The position numbers and the translations under genes were made by a program. Shown piece after piece: positions 58,477 through 64,000 of a stretch of 64,000 nucleotides of DNA (its first letter is position 1; every line of letters begins with the position of its first letter). Below the pieces are notes generated by a model. That model searched no databases and was not told where the DNA came from. It worked only from the letters and a program-made list of their open reading frames with translations. The DNA lies in contig CAWJMA010000007.1 of the NCBI GenBank assembly GCA_963843855.1, forward strand, positions 185,065 to 249,064. The letters are read 5' to 3'. The DNA comes from an uncultured Alphaproteobacteria bacterium. Lineage in GTDB: Bacteria > Pseudomonadota > Alphaproteobacteria > Sphingomonadales > Sphingomonadaceae.

Positions 58477-59259
58477 ATGACCAACGAGACCATCCTCTTC
58501 GACCGCCACGACGGTATCGCCCGGATAACGCTCAATCGCCCAGACCGCTTGAATAGCTTCACCCGCGCCATGCACGCCGAACTGCGCGACGCACTTGGAG
58601 CCCTTGGCGACAGTCGCGTCGTCGTTATCACCGGTGCCGGGCGCGCCTTTTGTGCCGGCCAAGACTTGGGCGACCGTGCGGTCAGTGCCGACACGGGACC
58701 TACCGACCTTGGCGAGACGGTCGAAAAATGTTGGAATCCCCTCATTCGGACGATCGCCGCGCTGCCCCAGCCGGTCATTGCCAAAGTCAATGGCGTCGCG
58801 GCCGGCGCAGGCGCCAGCATCGCCATGGCTTGCGACCTCGTCGTCGCGGCGCAGTCGGCAAAGTTCATCCAGAGCTTTTCTGCCTTAAGCCTCGTCCCCG
58901 ACACCGGGGGCAGCTGGCACCTCACACGGCATCTCGGTCAGGCCCGCGCGATGGGGCTCGCGCTGACCGGCGAACCGCTGGAAGCCAAGCAGGCGGCGGA
59001 TTGGGGAATGATCTGGAAATGCGTCGATGACGACGCACTCGACAGTCAGGTCGATGCCTTGGCGGAGCGGCTTGCCGCGCTTCCTCCGATGGGCCTGGCC
59101 GCAATCAAGGCGATGATTCGAACCAGTTGGGATCGCAGCCTCGACGAGGAACTCGACCTCCAACGCGACGAAATGCGCCGCCTCGGATTTACCGACGATT
59201 ACCGTGAGGGGATTGCCGCTTTCCTTGCCAAGCGCCCAGCTGTTTTCACGGGACGGTAA
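58477..59259 (+). CDS. paaG: 2-(1,2-epoxy-1,2-dihydrophenyl)acetyl-CoA isomerase
   Basis: TLNRPDRLNSF, RAFCAGQDL, GVAAGAGA, LVPDTGG (catalytic Asp); paa context. Confidence 0.9.
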   Translation: MTNETILFDRHDGIARITLNRPDRLNSFTRAMHAELRDALGALGDSRVVVITGAGRAFCAGQDLGDRAVSADTGPTDLGETVEKCWNPLIRTIAALPQPVIAKVNGVAAGAGASIAMACDLVVAAQSAKFIQSFSALSLVPDTGGSWHLTRHLGQARAMGLALTGEPLEAKQAADWGMIWKCVDDDALDSQVDALAERLAALPPMGLAAIKAMIRTSWDRSLDEELDLQRDEMRRLGFTDDYREGIAAFLAKRPAVFTGR

Positions 59260-59723
59260 GCGCACTCCCGATCGCGCGCATCGGTTCGCCAAGGACTCCA
59301 TAAGCCAGTCCGGCGAGGAAGAATGTCGCGCAGATCGCGCCGAACCCGGCGAGCGCCATTTCCCATCGCCCGCCCGCAATGCCGCGCCGTGTCAGCGCGC
59401 TCCTTGATTGTTCGAGGAACTAGACGCCGTTCGACAGGAAGCAGATGCGGCCGTGCCTTTGGCTTGTCCAAGATGACGTCGGCAATCGGGATCAGCCCCT
59501 GCGCCTTTGCGCCGTAGCGCCCGTCCCTTGCCCACATGACCTGTGCGACGATGACATGGCCGCCGCGCCTAAGTTCGAGGAAATGGCCGCGTTCCATCGG
59601 GGCTGAGCAGCTGAACATCACGCCGCGGGTCGATAGGTTGAGGATCGTGGCATCCTGCCATTCGGCGGCGACCCGCAGGCGCGCCGGAACGGCAACGGGT
59701 TGGCGTGATTCGCGCTGCTTCAT
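59246..59723 (-). CDS. PilZ-like domain protein with C-terminal TM helix; +1 frameshift at about 59363
   Basis: QRESR..V (RxxxR), ILNLSTRG (N/DxSxxG). Removing one G from ATGGGAAATG gives MEMALAGFGAICATFFLAGLAYGVLGEPMRAIGSALTVP stop. Confidence 0.75.
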
Positions 59724-59855
59724 CACATTTGGCCCTCCAGAAACGCGGTGACGACAGCGATGGCTAGAGGCGATATCCTCACTGATAACTTGCGCATTCG
59801 TCCGGATTGGAGATGGTCGTAGCAGCGCGCTTCGGCGGCGAACGGGAGAGACGCG

Positions 59856-60050
59856 ATGAAGAGCGTGTTGATGATCATCGGGATTGCAGCGTTGCTGATG
59901 GGCCTGCTGTGGGTCGGCCAGGGCCTGGGCTACGTCCAATGGCCGCAATCCAGCTTCATGCTTGACCAGCGCCCTTGGGCGCTGCGCGGCGCGATCCTTG
60001 CTGTGGTTGGCTTGGCCCTCATCGCGTGGTCGAAGCGAACCGTTCACTAG
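59856..60050 (+). CDS. Small two-TM membrane protein
   Basis: GGGAGAG SD; GLLWVGQGLGYVQWPQSSFMLDQRPW between two hydrophobic helices. Confidence 0.8.
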   Translation: MKSVLMIIGIAALLMGLLWVGQGLGYVQWPQSSFMLDQRPWALRGAILAVVGLALIAWSKRTVH

Positions 60051-60090
60051 CGGTTTTGGCAATCGGGTTGCTTCGTCGTAAGGCGGCGCC

Positions 60091-62109
60091 ATGAAGACCC
60101 AGCAGCTGCTCAACTATGCCCGCAATTCCTGGATTGCCGGCAACGATCCCCGCGACTTGCCGAGTGCGATCGACGGCACCATCGTCGCAAGCACCGGCTC
60201 CGGAGGGATCGATTTTGCCGCCATGCTCGACCATGCCCGCAATGTCGGGGGGCCCGCGCTTCGCGCCCTGACATTCCACGAACGCGCGCGGATCCTCAAG
60301 GGCCTCGGGCTTGCGATCCTTGCCGCCAAGGAACCGCTGTACGAGCTGAATTACCAGACCGGCGCGACCCGCAGGGACGGCTGGATCGATATCGAGGGCG
60401 GTGCCGGGACCCTGCTTTCCTTTTCGTCGAAGGGCCGCCGCGAACTGCCCGACGCCCACGTCCTGCTCGACGGCGCGCTCGAACCCTTGTCGAAGGAAGG
60501 CAGCTTCGTCGGCCAGCATATCTACACCTCGCTGCAGGGCGCCGCGGTGCACATCAACGCGTTCAACTTCCCGGTCTGGGGAATGCTGGAAAAGCTTGCG
60601 CCAACCTTGCTTGCGGGGGTGCCGGCCATCGTCAAGCCGGCCAGCTCGACCGCTTTCCTGTGCGAAGCCGCGTTCCGCGTCATGATCGAAACCGGCCTTC
60701 TTCCCGACGGCGCGGTCCAGCTGATCGTTGGCGGCGTCGGCGACCTGTTCGATCACCTGGGCGGCCAAGATGTCGTCAGCTTTACCGGGTCGGCTGCGAC
60801 CGCGGCCAAGTTGAAAAACCATCCAATGGTCCTTCGCGAAAGCGTCCGCTTCGTTGCCGAACAGGACAGTTTGAACGCCTCCATCCTGGGCCCGGACGCG
60901 GTGCCCGGATCACCCGAATTCGACCTGTTCGTGACTGAGGTCGTCACCGAGATGACCGTCAAGGCCGGCCAGAAATGCACCGCGATCCGCCGCGCGATGG
61001 TGCCGGCGCATCATCTCGACGCGGTCGAGGAGGCGCTCCGCGACCGCCTTGGCACAATGAAGGTCGGCGATCCCCGCGACGACGGCAGCCGCGTTGGCGC
61101 GTTGGTGTCATGCAGCCAGCGCGACGATGTCCGCGCCCAGATCGCCAAACTGGTGGCCGCCGGTGCGCGGATCGTCGCGGGCGATCCCCAGGCAATTGTC
61201 GGCCCCAAGGACGGCGCCTTCATGCAGCCGACCCTGCTTCGTGCGGACGATCCCTGGCAGGCCGAGGCCGTCCACGACGTCGAAGCATTCGGCCCGGTCA
61301 GCACAATCATGCCGTATCGCGATCTCGCCGATGCCGTTTCGCTTGCCAATCGCGGCATGGGCAGCCTGGCCCTTTCCCTCTTCACCCATTCCCCCGACGT
61401 GGCGCGCGATTTCATTCAGGGCGCAGCCGCGTTCCACGGACGGATGCTGGTCATCAACCGCGACAATGCCGCCGAATCCACCGGCCACGGCAGCCCGCTG
61501 CCGGTCCTTGTCCACGGCGGTCCGGGACGCGCGGGCGGAAGCGAGGAGATGGGCGGAATTCGCGGCGTGAAACATTATATGCAACGCACGGCGATCCAGT
61601 CGACGCCTGCCATGATCGCCGCGATTTCGGGTCAATATATTCCCGGCGGCCCGAAGCATTTTCTCGATGCCCACCCCTTCCGCAAGCGGATGGGCGAACT
61701 GGAAATCGGCGACACGCTCAAGACCGCAAGCCGTACGGTCTCCATCGCGGACATCGAACATTTCGCCGACTTCACCGGCGACAATTTCTACGCCCACATG
61801 GACGATGAAGCCGCCAAGGCATCGCCGATCTTCGAAGGACGGGTAGCCCACGGATATTTGATCCTCAGCTTTGCCGCCGGACTGTTTGTCGATCCCGATC
61901 CGGGCCCCGTGCTCGCAAACACCGGCCTTGAGAATTTGCGCTTCCTGACCCCGCTCTATCCCGGCGATTCAATGCGCGTCGAACTCACCGTCCGCTCGAA
62001 ATCGCTCAAGAGCGAGGAGACCGGCGTCGTGCGCTGGGCGGTCGAGATTTTCAACCAGAAGGACGATTTGGTCGCGACCTACGACCTGCTGACGGAAAAC
62101 ACACCGTGA
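60091..62109 (+). CDS. paaZ: Bifunctional oxepin-CoA hydrolase / aldehyde dehydrogenase PaaZ
   Basis: HINAFNFPVWGMLEK, FTGS, EQDSLNA, KAGQKCTAIRR, C-terminal MaoC domain (FADFTGDNFYAH, AHGY). Confidence 0.96.
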   Translation: MKTQQLLNYARNSWIAGNDPRDLPSAIDGTIVASTGSGGIDFAAMLDHARNVGGPALRALTFHERARILKGLGLAILAAKEPLYELNYQTGATRRDGWIDIEGGAGTLLSFSSKGRRELPDAHVLLDGALEPLSKEGSFVGQHIYTSLQGAAVHINAFNFPVWGMLEKLAPTLLAGVPAIVKPASSTAFLCEAAFRVMIETGLLPDGAVQLIVGGVGDLFDHLGGQDVVSFTGSAATAAKLKNHPMVLRESVRFVAEQDSLNASILGPDAVPGSPEFDLFVTEVVTEMTVKAGQKCTAIRRAMVPAHHLDAVEEALRDRLGTMKVGDPRDDGSRVGALVSCSQRDDVRAQIAKLVAAGARIVAGDPQAIVGPKDGAFMQPTLLRADDPWQAEAVHDVEAFGPVSTIMPYRDLADAVSLANRGMGSLALSLFTHSPDVARDFIQGAAAFHGRMLVINRDNAAESTGHGSPLPVLVHGGPGRAGGSEEMGGIRGVKHYMQRTAIQSTPAMIAAISGQYIPGGPKHFLDAHPFRKRMGELEIGDTLKTASRTVSIADIEHFADFTGDNFYAHMDDEAAKASPIFEGRVAHGYLILSFAAGLFVDPDPGPVLANTGLENLRFLTPLYPGDSMRVELTVRSKSLKSEETGVVRWAVEIFNQKDDLVATYDLLTENTP

Positions 62110-62114
62110 GCAAC

Positions 62115-62140
62115 GGAACGCCAACTCTCTTCCATTCGTT
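62115..62140 (+). promoter_or_regulatory. EcfG/SigT general-stress promoter
   Basis: GGAAC (62115-62119)-17 nt-CGTT (62137-62140), perfect consensus, 30 bp upstream of the CBS gene; AAAAGGAG SD. Confidence 0.75.
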
Positions 62141-62169
62141 GGTCAGCTAACGAAAAGGAGAGAATTCCC

Positions 62170-62601
62170 ATGAACATCCGTGAATTGATGACCGCCGACA
62201 TTCAGACGGTATCGCCAACCGACAGTGTCCAGCAGGCCGCCGGTTTTATGCTCAGTGCCGATACCGGGTCGATCCCGGTGTGCGAAAACGACAAGGTCGT
62301 CGGCATGATCACCGACCGCGACATTGCGGTTCGCGGTACTGCCAAGGGTCTCGGCCCGGACTGCAAGGTGAGTGAAGTGATGAGCGGCGACATCGTGTGT
62401 GCACGTGACAGCGACGACGTTCAGGCAATCGCCAAACAGATGGCCGAAAGCCAGGTTCGCCGCATGCCGGTGGTAGATTCGAGCGAAAGACTGGTCGGCA
62501 TGGTCAGCCTCGGCGACCTGAGCCGCGAAGGAAAGCAGGAGGCCGCGTCGACCGCGCTCGAGGGCGTCAGCGCCAAAGGCAGCCAGCACCAGCAAGGCTG
62601 A
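62170..62601 (+). CDS. CBS domain pair protein
   Basis: IPVCENDKVVGMITDRDIAVR; RRMPVVD..ERLVGMVSLGDL. Confidence 0.92.
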   Translation: MNIRELMTADIQTVSPTDSVQQAAGFMLSADTGSIPVCENDKVVGMITDRDIAVRGTAKGLGPDCKVSEVMSGDIVCARDSDDVQAIAKQMAESQVRRMPVVDSSERLVGMVSLGDLSREGKQEAASTALEGVSAKGSQHQQG

Positions 62602-62619
62602 CCGCGATAACGCACAATG

Positions 62620-62652
62620 AAAAAGGCCCGGGGTCGCCCCCGGGCCTTTTTT
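62620..62652. terminator. Bidirectional rho-independent terminator
   Basis: AAAAAGGCCCGGGG-tcgc-CCCCGGGCCTTTTTT between the convergent CBS gene and atpF. Confidence 0.92.
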
Positions 62653-62669
62653 CGTTTCTGCGTGGTCGA

Positions 62670-63200
62670 TTACAGGCCGGAGATTGCGTCGTCGACCAGG
62701 GCCTTGTCGGCCTTCGCGTCATGTCCCTGAGCGATCAGGGCCGCCGCCGCCGCACTTGCCGCCTTTGCGGTAATCGCACGCAATTCGCCAACCGCCGCGC
62801 GTTCTTCGGCAGCGATCTTCGATTCGGCCATCGCCTGGCGACGCTCGACCAGCGCCTTGGCATCGACCTCGGCCTTGGCGACGATCGCTTCAGCCTCGGC
62901 CTCGGCGCGCTCAAGCATCGCCTTGGCTTCCTTGCCGGCAGCCTTGGCCTTGGCTTCATATTCCGCCTTCAGCGCCTCGGCTTCCTTGCGAAGGTCCTTG
63001 GCTTCATCAAGCTGGGCCCGGATTAGCGCAATCTTGCCGTCCAGAGCGCTGCCAATCGCGGAAGGCACTTTTTTCCACAACATCAGCGCGATGACCGCGG
63101 CCATCGCCAACGCGACCCAGACGGCACCGTCCGCCAGATAGGCAGGCTCGGCATATGGCGTTGCGTCCGTCGCCGTCGTTGCGTGCGTTTCCTCAGCCAT
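62670..63200 (-). CDS. atpF: ATP synthase F0 subunit b
   Basis: TM helix, then Ala/Lys/Glu coiled coil (LDGKIALIRAQLDEA). Confidence 0.92.
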   Translation of the reverse strand: MAEETHATTATDATPYAEPAYLADGAVWVALAMAAVIALMLWKKVPSAIGSALDGKIALIRAQLDEAKDLRKEAEALKAEYEAKAKAAGKEAKAMLERAEAEAEAIVAKAEVDAKALVERRQAMAESKIAAEERAAVGELRAITAKAASAAAAALIAQGHDAKADKALVDDAISGL

Positions 63201-63687
63201 TGACGAGTTCCTTCGAGACCGCAGCACGGGCAGTCGCGGAATCGACCTTCAACCCAGCGATCCGCGCGACAATGTCGCTCGCCGCATCGGCCGCAACCGT
63301 TTCGACTTCCTTCAGCGCTTCGGCGCGCGCCGAAGCAATCTTGGAGACTGCCTTGTCGATCTTTGCGGCAATTGCCTTGTCGGCCTTTGCCACCGCCGCT
63401 TCAGTAGACTTGCCAGCAGCGGCCTTGGCTTCCGCGGCCTTCGTCGTCGCTTCGGCTCGAGTTTGGTCGAGCTGTTCGCGATATGCCTCTTCGAGGCGGT
63501 CGGCGGTTACCCGGGCATCCTCGGCTTGCTTCAGGTCGGCCGCGATCTGGTCATCGCGTTTGTCGATCGTCGACTGGACCTTGGGCAACATGCCGTAACC
63601 CACGGTGACGAGGACGAGCGCGAACACGATCGCCAGCCAGAATAGCTGGGACGCGTAGATTTCGCCGATTTGGGCGATCTGCGGCAT
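63193..63687 (-). CDS. ATP synthase F0 subunit b'
   Basis: MPQ...ASQLFWLAIVF...LPKVQSTIDKR typical b' start. Confidence 0.92.
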   Translation of the reverse strand: MPQIAQIGEIYASQLFWLAIVFALVLVTVGYGMLPKVQSTIDKRDDQIAADLKQAEDARVTADRLEEAYREQLDQTRAEATTKAAEAKAAAGKSTEAAVAKADKAIAAKIDKAVSKIASARAEALKEVETVAADAASDIVARIAGLKVDSATARAAVSKELVNG

Positions 63688-63717
63688 GGCCGACCCTTTG
63701 GAAGCTCGAGCGGTTGG

Positions 63718-63945
63718 TTAGGCGACGAACAGCAGGATCATCGCGACGACGAACGCCAGCAGGCCGAGCAGTTCGGTCACGGCGAAGCCGATGAACAGGC
63801 GGCCCTGCTGGCCGTCGGCGGCTGCCGGGTTGCGCAGTGCGTTGGCGAGGAACGAACCCCAGATGTTACCCACGCCCAGTGCGGCCATGCCAACACCGAT
63901 TGCGGCCAGACCGGCACCGATCAGCTTTGCGGCTTCTGCGTCCAT
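63718..63945 (-). CDS. atpE: ATP synthase F0 subunit c
   Basis: IGAGLAAIG, RNP loop, FAVTELLG (proton-binding Glu). Confidence 0.98.
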   Translation of the reverse strand: MDAEAAKLIGAGLAAIGVGMAALGVGNIWGSFLANALRNPAAADGQQGRLFIGFAVTELLGLLAFVVAMILLFVA

Positions 63946-63970
63946 GTTAAAAACTCCCTTGAAAAATCGA

Positions 63971-64000
63971 TTAGTGAAGATTGATCGCGTCGTTCAGGTA
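63971..64000 (-). CDS. atpB: ATP synthase F0 subunit a, last 9 codons plus stop (partial)
   Basis: Minus strand reads YLNDAINLH stop, the typical AtpB C-terminus, just upstream of atpE. Confidence 0.9.
   Translation of the reverse strand, partial: YLNDAINLH

Overview
GC-rich alphaproteobacterial chromosome segment; gene content and motifs point to Sphingomonadaceae (inference). It is mostly housekeeping: ugd, rimO, mltG-fabF-acpP, hrcA-grpE, rph-rdgB-hemW, lpoA-like/rsmI/yraN/gshB, xerC, pgi-gor, lepB-rnc-era, dapB-nth, alr, glmU-glmS, tRNA-Arg(CCG) and the atpB-E-F'-F F0 genes. It also carries a TonB-dependent receptor, three Tad/Flp pseudopilin genes, a telA pair, a phaR/phaC-like locus, a CHASE3 kinase-REC-REC/HisKA_2 cassette, and a paa cluster co-oriented with an aromatic aminotransferase and an E1/E2 2-oxoacid dehydrogenase. 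No transposase, phage gene or CRISPR array was seen. Ten genes need about 13 frame corrections, including glmS, so most are probably sequencing errors; four are GANTC sites read as GANNTC. Best leads: (1) a small transcript at about 44915-45128 (-) with a perfect 15-nt complement of the 16S 3' tail, an 18-codon ORF, a promoter, a PhaR-like box and a terminator; (2) a possible Phe -> phenylpyruvate -> phenylacetyl-CoA route through a 2-oxoacid dehydrogenase, lacking paaD; (3) a TonB-dependent receptor with a Pro-rich, two-Cys tail after the barrel. All annotations are by eye; no searches were run.
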